Source: a virus
DNA: 64,000 nt
Direction: 5' to 3' (one strand)
Virus record (IMG/VR): IMGVR_UViG_3300023174_000087
Span: 51,202 to 115,201 of that record
Shown here: positions 49,281 to 57,721 of the stretch, piece by piece
Layout of the letters: every line of letters starts with the position of its first letter
How positions within the stretch are numbered: the first letter of the stretch is position 1
Made by a program: the position numbers and the translations under genes
Notes under the pieces: generated by a model
Databases searched by the model: none
What the model was told of the DNA's origin: nothing
The model's input: the letters and a program-made list of their open reading frames with translations, nothing else

Positions 49281-49562
49281 ATGAAACACCATTGGAAAGA
49301 CAATGCCGCATGTTTAGATTATGATACAAATTTATTTTTTGATAAATATGAAGAAGATGAGGTTCTGCGACCTGCAATAGATAAACTATGCTCAACATGC
49401 CCAGTAAGCAAGACATGCTTTGCTGTTGGAATTTCACAAAAAGAATGGGGCATTTGGGGTGGTGTATACTTAGAAGGTGGATCTATTTCAAAAGAATTTA
49501 GCAAGCACAAGAGTAAATCTGACTGGGCAAACACTTGGCAGCATTTGACAATGGAAAATTAA
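49281..49562 (+). CDS. whiB: WhiB-family Fe-S transcription factor
   Basis: W..AAC..FF..CSTCPVSKTC..WGIWGG. Confidence 0.92.
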   Translation: MKHHWKDNAACLDYDTNLFFDKYEEDEVLRPAIDKLCSTCPVSKTCFAVGISQKEWGIWGGVYLEGGSISKEFSKHKSKSDWANTWQHLTMEN

Positions 49563-49801
49563 TGTATACTGAACAAAATAAAAAAGCATTTCACTCTCTT
49601 TCACATTATTCACCAAAAGGCTTTGCTTTGCAAATAGTTGATAATGAGAATTTTTTAACAGTAAAAGCAAATGAAAAACAGTTTATGATTTTGTCTGATG
49701 ATGGCAAAAGACAAGCAATAGAGTACATGGCAAGAGTGAAAAAGGCGCTTGAAGATACAGGAGCAATTGTGCTTCTTGTTAGAGAGGGTGGAAAAGAATA
49801 A
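49562..49801 (+). CDS. Hypothetical protein
   Basis: Coupled ORF. Confidence 0.55.
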   Translation: MYTEQNKKAFHSLSHYSPKGFALQIVDNENFLTVKANEKQFMILSDDGKRQAIEYMARVKKALEDTGAIVLLVREGGKE

Positions 49802-50448
49802 TGGATATAGAAAAATTTAGAAAGCATATTGATTTAGAAAAAGATGAAGTTTATATAAACAATGTTGCAAAATTGGGAAGTTCTGCAAAAAATGTATATG
49901 TTGTAGATAATTTTTTATCTAATGAAGAGCATCAATCATTATATAACTTTGTAAATAATAATGATCAGATTTCTTGGATTAAAGAGCCATGGACTACAGA
50001 AAGAACTCCAAAAGACTCAATTCCAAAAGACATTATGAAACTTTTAGAAAAAATATTTAAAACTAGCAGATTAAAATGTATAAATTATTATGATATAGAA
50101 GTAGACGATAATTTTATCGGCGAATATCTTTTAACAAAATGGAGCAGTGGAGATGTAATGCAACCACATGTGGATACAGATTCTCAAAAACATCAACATA
50201 TTGTTTGTATGTACTATATCAATGATGAATACGATGGGGGAGAACTTGTATTTCCAGACTATAATTTAAAAATTAAACCTAAGTCAAATAGTTTGATTAT
50301 GTTCCCTGGTAATGAAAACTACCTTCACGCAGTACTTGAAGTTTCAAAAGGTTTTAGATATACTTTTGGTATGAGGTTTGCTTTTTCAGGATCTAAATTT
50401 TTAGGATCAACTGGAATTAGGGAATGGGCGGAAAAAAACTATGGCTAA
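49801..50448 (+). CDS. P4H-like 2OG-Fe(II) oxygenase
   Basis: PHVD; YYINDEYDGGEL; FPGNENYLHAV..GFRY. Confidence 0.87.
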   Translation: MDIEKFRKHIDLEKDEVYINNVAKLGSSAKNVYVVDNFLSNEEHQSLYNFVNNNDQISWIKEPWTTERTPKDSIPKDIMKLLEKIFKTSRLKCINYYDIEVDDNFIGEYLLTKWSSGDVMQPHVDTDSQKHQHIVCMYYINDEYDGGELVFPDYNLKIKPKSNSLIMFPGNENYLHAVLEVSKGFRYTFGMRFAFSGSKFLGSTGIREWAEKNYG

Positions 50449-50502
50449 CTTAATTTTTACATGTGATAGAGGCGCAATTTTTAGTAAAGTTGGAAAAGAA
50501 AA

Positions 50503-50919
50503 ATGATTTTAACAATATTTTTAGTAATTTTAATTAGCCTTTTAACATCTTTGTCTGGTTTTCTTGGTATAAAGATAATCATAATGAAAAACTATGTTGC
50601 AGAATTAAATCTTAGGGTTGCTTTAACAGAGCAAAAAATTAAAGATCAGTTTGAAAATGACCCTGGTTTAATAGAAAATACGGAAGGATTTCTTCGTTTT
50701 ATCTCAGAGTCTCGTGACTGGGCGTTTAAATATATAGAAAATGTTCAATTTGTGCTTAATAAATTTATTAAAGATATTGAGCCAGAGATTAATTATTTTA
50801 AAGAGTATGGGGATCTTGGTTCAATGGCACCTAACTACTACTCTATGAAAAAAATTACTGGGGAATATGAAGAGTTAAAGAAACTACTTCCAGAAGACTA
50901 TGGTAGAATAGATACATGA
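50503..50919 (+). CDS. Membrane-anchored hypothetical protein
   Basis: N-terminal TM; FISESRDWAFKYIE. Confidence 0.6.
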   Translation: MILTIFLVILISLLTSLSGFLGIKIIIMKNYVAELNLRVALTEQKIKDQFENDPGLIENTEGFLRFISESRDWAFKYIENVQFVLNKFIKDIEPEINYFKEYGDLGSMAPNYYSMKKITGEYEELKKLLPEDYGRIDT

Positions 50920-51524
50920 TTACTAACCCTTCAAAAAAAGATGACATCTATTTAAAAAATGTTGAAAAAATAGGAAAATCTCCAGAAAACATAAAGTTTA
51001 TAGAGGATGTACTATCTAAAGAAGAACATGCAACTTTGCTTGATTACGTAAATAAGCGTGAGTTGTGGATTCTTGAGCCTTGGGATTGCTATTCTGTTGG
51101 TATGGATCAGTTACCAGTTAATATTTTAAATATGCTAGAAAAAATATTTGCTATTGTTCACAAAAATGCTACAGAGGCTTATGGAGTAGACATTAATTAT
51201 TTTCAAAAAGAAAATATTGCATTATTTAAATTTGCAAAAGGTCTTGTTTTGCATCCACATATAGATACTGATTCCGCCGAATCAAACCATATTGCTTCAA
51301 TATATTATATTAACGATGAGTTTACTGGTGGCGAATTGTATTTTTCAGAACTTGATATAAATATTAAACCAAAGCCAAACAGTTTAGTATTTTTCCCTGG
51401 CAATGAAAACTATTTGCATGAAGTCAAAACAATTACAGGTGGAAATAGATATAGTTCGTCAATGTGGTTTCAGTTTACTGGTTCTTCTTTTAACAAGAAT
51501 GCAGAATGGTACAATAAAGAATGA
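50916..51524 (+). CDS. P4H-like 2OG-Fe(II) oxygenase
   Basis: PHID; YYINDEFTGGEL; FPGNENYLHEV..GNRY. Confidence 0.87.
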   Translation: MITNPSKKDDIYLKNVEKIGKSPENIKFIEDVLSKEEHATLLDYVNKRELWILEPWDCYSVGMDQLPVNILNMLEKIFAIVHKNATEAYGVDINYFQKENIALFKFAKGLVLHPHIDTDSAESNHIASIYYINDEFTGGELYFSELDINIKPKPNSLVFFPGNENYLHEVKTITGGNRYSSSMWFQFTGSSFNKNAEWYNKE

Positions 51525-52096
51525 TTGAAATTACCTCAGAAAATTCTATAGATAACATACAGGTTGTAGAAAATGTTTTACTAGAAGAAGAGCACAAAAA
51601 ATTGCTTGATTATGTAGTTAATGTTGAGGGGTGGCAAAAACAGCCTTGGGGTGTGAAGTTTTTTAATTCTGAAAAAGGACTATCTTCGGAGATTTCTGAC
51701 ATATTAGACAAGGCTATTCGAATTGCTTGGCAAAAATGTATAGATAAACATAATGTAAAACTTCGTGTTTTTGAAAAATCAGAAGTTCACTTAGTTAAAT
51801 TTGAAAAAGATTATTTAATGAACAAACATGTAGACACGGCTGGAGATTTTGCAGTTATTTATTATATTAATGATAACTACGATGGAGGAGAAATAAATTT
51901 CCCATGGCATAATTTAACAGTTAAGCCAAAGGCTAATAGTTTTATTTTATTCCCTAGCAACGAGCATTATTTGCATGAAGTGTTAATAAATAGTGCAGAT
52001 AGATACTCATCTCCTTTGTGGTTTAATATTGAAGGCACTCCTTATCGTGGAAATATAAATGAAACAGAAGGAACCGCTAGGACTGTTCAATATTAA
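51521..52096 (+). CDS. P4H-like 2OG-Fe(II) oxygenase
   Basis: KHVD; YYINDNYDGGEI; YLHEV..DRY. Confidence 0.87.
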   Translation: MIEITSENSIDNIQVVENVLLEEEHKKLLDYVVNVEGWQKQPWGVKFFNSEKGLSSEISDILDKAIRIAWQKCIDKHNVKLRVFEKSEVHLVKFEKDYLMNKHVDTAGDFAVIYYINDNYDGGEINFPWHNLTVKPKANSFILFPSNEHYLHEVLINSADRYSSPLWFNIEGTPYRGNINETEGTARTVQY

Positions 52097-52097
52097 A

Positions 52098-52256
52098 ATG
52101 AAAGATATTATAATGTCAATAATAACAGGTTTTGGATGTGGTGTAGTATTTGCTGCATTCAAATTGCCAGTTCCAGCACCACCAGTTTTTGCGGGAGTCG
52201 CAGGAATTATTGGGTTATGGATTGGTTTTACATTAATAACAAGAATTATATCCTAG
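52098..52256 (+). CDS. XapX / DUF1427 membrane protein
   Basis: G...G..F...KLPVPAPPVFAGVAGIIGLWIG. Confidence 0.8.
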   Translation: MKDIIMSIITGFGCGVVFAAFKLPVPAPPVFAGVAGIIGLWIGFTLITRIIS

Positions 52257-52266
52257 GAGGAATAAT

Positions 52267-52548
52267 ATGAATACAACACAACTAAAAGCAATGCTTGCAT
52301 CATACGGAAGATCAGTTCTTGGTGCTGCTATTGCTCTTTACGCTTCTGGCGTAACAGATCCAAAAACACTTGCTTATTCATTGCTTGGAGCCATCGTGCC
52401 CGTTGCATTGAGAGCGGTTAACCCTAATGATAAAGCGTTTGGCAAGTTGCCATCTGCTGAAGAAGTAGAGGTAGCCGTAAAGACTGCTAAAGTAGTCAAG
52501 AAAACTGCTAAGAAGACTCCTGCTAAAAAGGCAGCAGCAAAGAAGTAG
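52267..52548 (+). CDS. Holin-like membrane protein with Lys/Ala-rich tail
   Basis: ASYGRS; TM segments; RAVNPNDKAFG; SD AGGAGG. Confidence 0.55.
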   Translation: MNTTQLKAMLASYGRSVLGAAIALYASGVTDPKTLAYSLLGAIVPVALRAVNPNDKAFGKLPSAEEVEVAVKTAKVVKKTAKKTPAKKAAAKK

Positions 52549-52559
52549 ACCATTAGATT

Positions 52560-52591
52560 GGCAGGTCTGTTTATTTGACAGGCCTGCTTTT
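52560..52591 (+). terminator. Intrinsic terminator overlapping the hsp20 -35 box
   Basis: GCAGGTCTGT/ACAGGCCTGC stem followed by TTTT. Confidence 0.75.
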
Positions 52592-52603
52592 CTATGCTAT
52601 AAT
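52575..52603 (+). promoter_or_regulatory. Consensus promoter of hsp20
   Basis: TTGACA-17 nt-TATAAT with TG extension. Confidence 0.85.
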
Positions 52604-52660
52604 ATTTATACCTGCCCAACAGGGGGGTAAATTAACTTATTCGCTTGAAAGGGGAATAAA

Positions 52661-53065
52661 ATGGTAAAAACAGCACTGGATCTTTTTAATGATCCATTTT
52701 TTAATACCTTCTCAAATCTACAAAAAGTAACAACAACAACAAACTATCCACCTTATAATCAGATCAAACTAAATGATAAAGAGTATATTCTTTCATTTGC
52801 TTTGGCTGGCTTTTCTAAGGATGATGTCTCAGTATCGCTAGATAATCGCAAACTTACAATCAAGGGCGAGAAGCAGGACGCTGAGTTGCCAGAGGGAGCA
52901 GAGTATCTACACAAAGGCATTGCAGCCCGTAAATTTACAGATATCTTCACCCTTCCCGAGTTTGTTGAAGTTGTTGGGGCTGAATTTAAAGACGGTATCC
53001 TAGATATCAAACTTGAAAAGCAGATCCCAGAAGACAAACTTCCAAAATCTATTGAAATTCAGTAG
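52661..53065 (+). CDS. Small heat-shock protein Hsp20
   Basis: NYPPYN; ALAGF; YLHKGIAARKF; GILDI. Confidence 0.93.
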   Translation: MVKTALDLFNDPFFNTFSNLQKVTTTTNYPPYNQIKLNDKEYILSFALAGFSKDDVSVSLDNRKLTIKGEKQDAELPEGAEYLHKGIAARKFTDIFTLPEFVEVVGAEFKDGILDIKLEKQIPEDKLPKSIEIQ

Positions 53066-53077
53066 TATAATGGATAA

Positions 53078-53194
53078 CATTCCGCTATAAGACCTTAAGA
53101 AAGTTTTAGCAACGGATGCTCCTTTGAGTGGAGAGTTAGCAGGAGTCGAACCTTCGTGGCTAATAGACCTGAGCAGTCGTCTATAAACTGCTCA
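53078..53194 (+). ncRNA. Candidate structured ncRNA with a 3' pseudoknot
   Basis: TATAAT at 53066-53071; no ORF; three hairpins plus interlocking ATAGAC/GTCTAT and TGAGCAGT/ACTGCTCA pairings. Confidence 0.55.
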
Positions 53195-53198
53195 TTTA

Positions 53199-53888
53199 TT
53201 ATGAATTTCTTTTTATATATACTTCATGAAATCCAAGTTCATTTAATACAATACCGTCAACAGACCAGTTTTTGTTAAAATGTAAAAACTCGTTTACGCT
53301 TTGATATATTCCTACAGACATGTCGTAATGAATAGCATCATAATTTATGTAAGAAGTAAACCCTACAACTCCATTAACATTAACTATTTGATTACAATGT
53401 TTTAATGCATTTCTTATCATAAGCCTTCCTGATATTGCATCAAAAAGAATAAGGTCATATTTCTTATCTAAGGTAAAGAAAATATTTCTTGCATCGCCTT
53501 TTATTATAGTTATATCAGGATGATAAGAGAATTTATTTTTTATGTATTCTTCATGTGTCATTGAACTATCTTTTGGAGCAAGGCCTCCTGGATGTCTAAC
53601 TCCAGCAGCATTATCATATAAATCCATAAGATCTGCACTTTTGGCCTCTGTTGTGTCTATAAACATTTGAGCACTTTCCCCATAAGCAACACCTATTTCT
53701 AAGTACGATACATTTTTATTTAATGTTTTTGCATATTCATATTTTGAATTAAATAGTTTTGCACCGTTTAACTGATTTTGAGATATAGGTATTGCTCGTT
53801 CGATTTGGTCGTCATCGTATACATTTTTTTCGTCATACCCAATAGGCTCCATTATTTCTTTACCAGTGGACCATTTTTTATTTATCAT
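53199..53888 (-). CDS. SAM-dependent methyltransferase (Methyltransf_24-like)
   Basis: YLEIGVAYGES; IIKGDA; YDLILFDA. Confidence 0.75.
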   Translation of the reverse strand: MINKKWSTGKEIMEPIGYDEKNVYDDDQIERAIPISQNQLNGAKLFNSKYEYAKTLNKNVSYLEIGVAYGESAQMFIDTTEAKSADLMDLYDNAAGVRHPGGLAPKDSSMTHEEYIKNKFSYHPDITIIKGDARNIFFTLDKKYDLILFDAISGRLMIRNALKHCNQIVNVNGVVGFTSYINYDAIHYDMSVGIYQSVNEFLHFNKNWSVDGIVLNELGFHEVYIKRNS

Positions 53889-53960
53889 ACAGACAAGTAT
53901 ACCATTGACACCCTATAATATAGGCGTATAGCAGTCTAAACCGCATGGTATAATCATTAG

Positions 53961-54410
53961 ATGGAAGAATTAATAAACCTGTTAAAAGTCCTACTGGCAG
54001 ATAACATTACCCTTAAACTTAAGTCTCATGGGTATCACTGGAATGTAGAGGGAGATGATTTTCCTCAGTTTCATGAATTTTTTGGGGATATATATGCAGA
54101 CTACGAACAAGCAACAGACTCATATGCAGAGTTCTTACGTAAACTAGATACTTATGCACCATTTAAACTATCAAGGTTTATTCAACTAAATGAAGTTGGC
54201 GAGCCAGATATAAGTTCTGATCCAGTAGAAATGTCTAAAGATTTGCTTATGGCAAACGATATGGTTTTAACAAAATTAGTTGATGCAGTTGAACTTGCTA
54301 CAAAAAATAGACAACATGCACTTGCAAACTTCTTTGCAGAGCGTATGGACATGCACCAGAAATGGCACTGGATGCTCACTGCAGCCACCAAAGAAGTAGG
54401 TATGGACTAA
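53961..54410 (+). CDS. dps: Dps / ferritin-like DNA-protecting protein
   Basis: HGYHWNVEG..F.QFHEFF; D..AE; HQKWHWML. Confidence 0.92.
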   Translation: MEELINLLKVLLADNITLKLKSHGYHWNVEGDDFPQFHEFFGDIYADYEQATDSYAEFLRKLDTYAPFKLSRFIQLNEVGEPDISSDPVEMSKDLLMANDMVLTKLVDAVELATKNRQHALANFFAERMDMHQKWHWMLTAATKEVGMD

Positions 54411-55063
54411 TGTCTGATACACCAATGGATGTTTCTTACAATGCAATCGTAACTGATCCAACACCAGCAAACCCTTCATCAAATATTAATCCATCTGTTG
54501 GCATGAAGAAGCCACAATATAGTTTAAATCAATCAAGACCTGCAGGACCTGGAATACATAATAAGCCTGGTGTAAGTATTTGGGCTGGTTCTGCGTTTGG
54601 TAAATCAATTACTGCAGAAGTGGTTGCACCATCAACATATCAAGGGTGCGATTGCATGACTTGTAAAGAAATGAATGTGGATTGTCCAGACTGTCCTGTT
54701 TGTGCTAATCCAATTGCAGAGTCTATGGAAACGAAAGCAGATGCACCAATGCCAGAAAATCCAATAATGCCAACTAACACTTATCAAAAGTGTGAATGCG
54801 AAATGTGCATGGAACAAAACATTCCTTGCTCATCTTGCCCTGAATGTAGCGGGGGATTAGATGCAGAAACTCAAATGGCTATGTATGATTCATCAATTGG
54901 AAAAGCAGATCCATGCTGGGAAGGTTATGTTCAAAGAGGAATGAAACCAGGAGCAGATGGAAAACCAGTACCAAACTGTATACCAGTAGAAAAAACAGAA
55001 TCAATATTGTTTTCAGCAAAAGATTATACAAAACAAACACAAGTAGATAGGTTATTTAGGTAA
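54410..55063 (+). CDS. Cys-rich repeat protein with a CWxGY module
   Basis: Two CxCxxC-x6-CxxCPxC repeats; DPCWEGYVQRGMK..GKPVPNCIP. Confidence 0.65.
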   Translation: MSDTPMDVSYNAIVTDPTPANPSSNINPSVGMKKPQYSLNQSRPAGPGIHNKPGVSIWAGSAFGKSITAEVVAPSTYQGCDCMTCKEMNVDCPDCPVCANPIAESMETKADAPMPENPIMPTNTYQKCECEMCMEQNIPCSSCPECSGGLDAETQMAMYDSSIGKADPCWEGYVQRGMKPGADGKPVPNCIPVEKTESILFSAKDYTKQTQVDRLFR

Positions 55064-55200
55064 TGCCAAAAAAGAAATCACACGCATTTAATCCAATGCA
55101 AATTAAAGATGGTTGGATTGTTAGACTATATAAAGATGGTCGAATTAAATCTAAAATAGAACCATATTTACCAAAGCATAAGCCATCAACTAAAGCCTAA
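55063..55200 (+). CDS. Small basic protein (45 aa)
   Basis: MPKKK..QIKDGWIVRLYKDGRIK; TAATG overlap. Confidence 0.5.
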   Translation: MPKKKSHAFNPMQIKDGWIVRLYKDGRIKSKIEPYLPKHKPSTKA

Positions 55201-55203
55201 TTG

Positions 55204-55274
55204 CTTCCAGACATAGACTCGAACTATGATTCACGCCTTCAAAGGGCGTTGTCCTGCCATTGGACGATCTGGAA
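55204..55274 (-). tRNA. tRNA-Gln(TTG)
   Basis: TTCCAGA/TCTGGAA; ACGCC-CTTTGAA-GGCGT; TTCGAGT. Confidence 0.88.
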
Positions 55275-55278
55275 CTAG

Positions 55279-55351
55279 TATCCCCAACGGGATTCGAACC
55301 CGTGTTGCCACCGTGAAAGGGTGGAGTCCTAGGCCTCTAGACCATGGGGAC
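55279..55351 (-). tRNA. tRNA-Glu(TTC)
   Basis: GTCCCCA/TGGGGAT; CCACC-CTTTCAC-GGTGG; TTCGAAT. Confidence 0.92.
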
Positions 55352-55352
55352 T

Positions 55353-55426
55353 TGGAGCGAGTGACCAGAATCGAACTGGCACAACCAACTTGGAAGGATG
55401 GTGCACTACCATTATGCAACACTCGC
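55353..55426 (-). tRNA. tRNA-Gly(TCC)
   Basis: GCGAGTG/CACTCGC; loop CTTCCAA; CCA end encoded. Confidence 0.9.
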
Positions 55427-55430
55427 TTTG

Positions 55431-55503
55431 TACCCCTGGCAAGAATCGAACTTGCGACGCATGGCTTAGAAGTCCATCGTTCTGTCCACTGAACTACAGA
55501 GGT
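55431..55503 (-). tRNA. tRNA-Arg(TCT)
   Basis: ACCTCTG/CAGGGGT; loop CTTCTAA; TTCGATT. Confidence 0.9.
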
Positions 55504-55507
55504 TTAG

Positions 55508-55578
55508 TAGGCCTAGAAGGTAATGCTCCTTCTTCTCAGGATTAAAAGTCCTGAGCATCACTTTAATGCTTTAGGCCC
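55508..55578 (-). tRNA. tRNA-Lys(TTT) with non-canonical D and T loops
   Basis: GGGCCTA/TAGGCCT; CAGGA-CTTTTAA-TCCTG; T arm GAAGG-AGCATTA-CCTTC. Confidence 0.75.
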
Positions 55579-55582
55579 ATTG

Positions 55583-55656
55583 TACACCAGGTAGGACTTG
55601 AACCTACGATCTTCAGTATATAAGACTGATGCCTTAACCGACTTGGCTACTGGTGC
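55583..55656 (-). tRNA. tRNA-Ile(TAT)
   Basis: GCACCAG/CTGGTGT; TCAGT-CTTATAT-ACTGA; TTCAAGT; discriminator A. Confidence 0.85.
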
Positions 55657-55926
55657 TAGATATTATTTAATTAGTAATCCAAAAAATGTACCTAACAAAA
55701 AAGCACCAATTCCAACTGTCCAATGATAATACTTAAACATATAGTCTTTAATGATTGCATCTTTTACTTCTTGCTCAATATCATCAATATCAATCTTCAT
55801 TTTGATCTACTCCATATGTCATTTGAATATAACAAACAATCCATCCTGCTAAAAATGCAGGTATTAAAAATAATGCATGTACCATAATTACCTCCAGTCT
55901 ATATAATAATTATACTGAAGTAAATG

Positions 55927-56520
55927 CTAAAAGTCAAGTTGTCTTTTATATATAGCATAACGAGATTCTTCATATATATTTATTAATTCATCTAAACCAC
56001 TAATGCTATTGTATAAAATATCATAGGAACTCAAATCTTTTGATGTTGGAAATACATACATATTTTTGTTTTGAGCATAATTGAATCTAAGCATTTTTTC
56101 TACTTTTACATCAGGAAATATAAAATCTTCTTTATATCCACAATAATTTAAAAATATACTAAAACTTTTTTTAGGATTTTCAGTTATTTGCTCAAATGTA
56201 AAAGGCACTATGTTTTCAATATTGTCAACCATCAACAACATATATTTTTTAAAATCTTCAATAGATTTGGAGTGATCTATTTGTTCTAAATCTTCTTTAG
56301 AATATTTTTTATCTTGCAACCCCATAGCGATGTCGGATACAATTACATCTTTTGGGTTTCTTAGAACAGAAATAACCACAGAGTTTTCTACTTCTTTGTC
56401 TATTTTCCACCAAGGACTCTTATGTATAATCATTTTTGGGTTTATCACAGCAACATTATTAACTATAAAATTACTGGCAGATCTAGCATAACTTCTAACA
56501 AATAACTGCTTATACGTCAT
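55927..56520 (-). CDS. Sulfotransferase-like protein
   Basis: SYARSASNF; VLRNPKDVIVS; FEQITENP. Confidence 0.6.
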   Translation of the reverse strand: MTYKQLFVRSYARSASNFIVNNVAVINPKMIIHKSPWWKIDKEVENSVVISVLRNPKDVIVSDIAMGLQDKKYSKEDLEQIDHSKSIEDFKKYMLLMVDNIENIVPFTFEQITENPKKSFSIFLNYCGYKEDFIFPDVKVEKMLRFNYAQNKNMYVFPTSKDLSSYDILYNSISGLDELINIYEESRYAIYKRQLDF

Positions 56521-57082
56521 TTAATATTACACATTTCTTTAAAGCCATACTGTATAAATCATTGCATTCTGAAAGGTCTAAACTAGAAACAATAACTCTT
56601 ACTTCATTGTAATACTTAGATTTTTTAGAACTTTTTAAAAATTTTTGTTTTGGATCGTCTAAAACTATGTCTTTAAGATTATTGTTTTTAACCTCATAAC
56701 CAGTCAGTCTTGATACATACAATATAACTTCTTCAGTGTTTGCCACAATATCGTTAAAATTAATAAAGTTATTTGAATTTTTTAAAATAAAAGAATAAAA
56801 ATCGCAATACTCTTCTATTCTAATTTTAATTAAATCTTCTATAATTAAACTCTCATTAAACTCCATTTGCATAGCAACAATAGATGATATAGAGTCAACA
56901 GGATTTCTTACTAAACTAATTATATGATCATAATTTTTTAGTTTTTCTTTTTCTCCTGGCTTATTTAAATGAGAATAATAAAACATGTTAGAAAAAGCAA
57001 GTGTGAGCATAGATTGTAAATAACTTTTGCCAGATCTAGGATAAGCAATGATTATTGGATTCAAGACAAATCTCTTTTCCAA
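56510..57082 (-). CDS. Sulfotransferase-like protein
   Basis: AYPRSGKSYL; LVRNPVDSISS. Confidence 0.7.
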   Translation of the reverse strand: MEKRFVLNPIIIAYPRSGKSYLQSMLTLAFSNMFYYSHLNKPGEKEKLKNYDHIISLVRNPVDSISSIVAMQMEFNESLIIEDLIKIRIEEYCDFYSFILKNSNNFINFNDIVANTEEVILYVSRLTGYEVKNNNLKDIVLDDPKQKFLKSSKKSKYYNEVRVIVSSLDLSECNDLYSMALKKCVILNDV

Positions 57083-57273
57083 TGAAGAAAAGATTTAATA
57101 TACACAGCAGCATAAGCAATAGCCATTGCAATAAAGCCGTACTGATCTGTTGCAAGAGCATATAATATCCAAAGGCATTCATTTGCACAAAGTATAAGCC
57201 ATCCCCATATGGTCTTGCGACCAACAAGGAATATGCCTGAAACGCCTATAACGGCTAGAATCCAGGACCACAT
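57061..57273 (-). CDS. Small three-TM membrane protein (PnuC-like half)
   Basis: RKTIWGW..LWILYA..QYGF..FLHW. Confidence 0.55.
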   Translation of the reverse strand: MWSWILAVIGVSGIFLVGRKTIWGWLILCANECLWILYALATDQYGFIAMAIAYAAVYIKSFLHWKRDLS

Positions 57274-57276
57274 AAA

Positions 57277-57402
57277 CTATCCTACATGTAGTGGCATAAC
57301 GGCGTCACAGGGGCACACAATGGCTTCTGGAAGGTCATGTACGGATGTCTCAATAGTAATAACGGTTTTGCATTCTGGACAAGAATAAGAGTTTTTAGTC
57401 AT
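57277..57402 (-). CDS. Small Zn-ribbon peptide (41 aa)
   Basis: YSCPEC..VCPC; -10-like TATGAT just upstream. Confidence 0.45.
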   Translation of the reverse strand: MTKNSYSCPECKTVITIETSVHDLPEAIVCPCDAVMPLHVG

Positions 57403-57721
57403 AAGTCAATCATACCATACCTGTGCTATGATATATAAATGGAATGCATACATGAAAATAAAAAACCATATTATTATGGATATTTAAATAGTGATTTTAT
57501 TAAAAATCAATGGGACCAGTCTTCGGCATATGGGGGAACTATTTATTCAACAGATTTGCCTGAGTTTTTTTGTCCTGATTGTTTAGAAGATTTGTTTGAA
57601 TAGCCAACAACCCATCATTAATAATTTTATTTCTTATTTTTTGCTGCTGTCTTTCAAATTTAGACAAATTTTTTTTATTTGATTTTCTTTTAATATTTTT
57701 TATATGTCTTTTTTGTGTCAT

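Noticed and set aside
55226-55492. ORFs called over the tRNA array
   Set aside because: Fully explained by the tRNA genes on the minus strand
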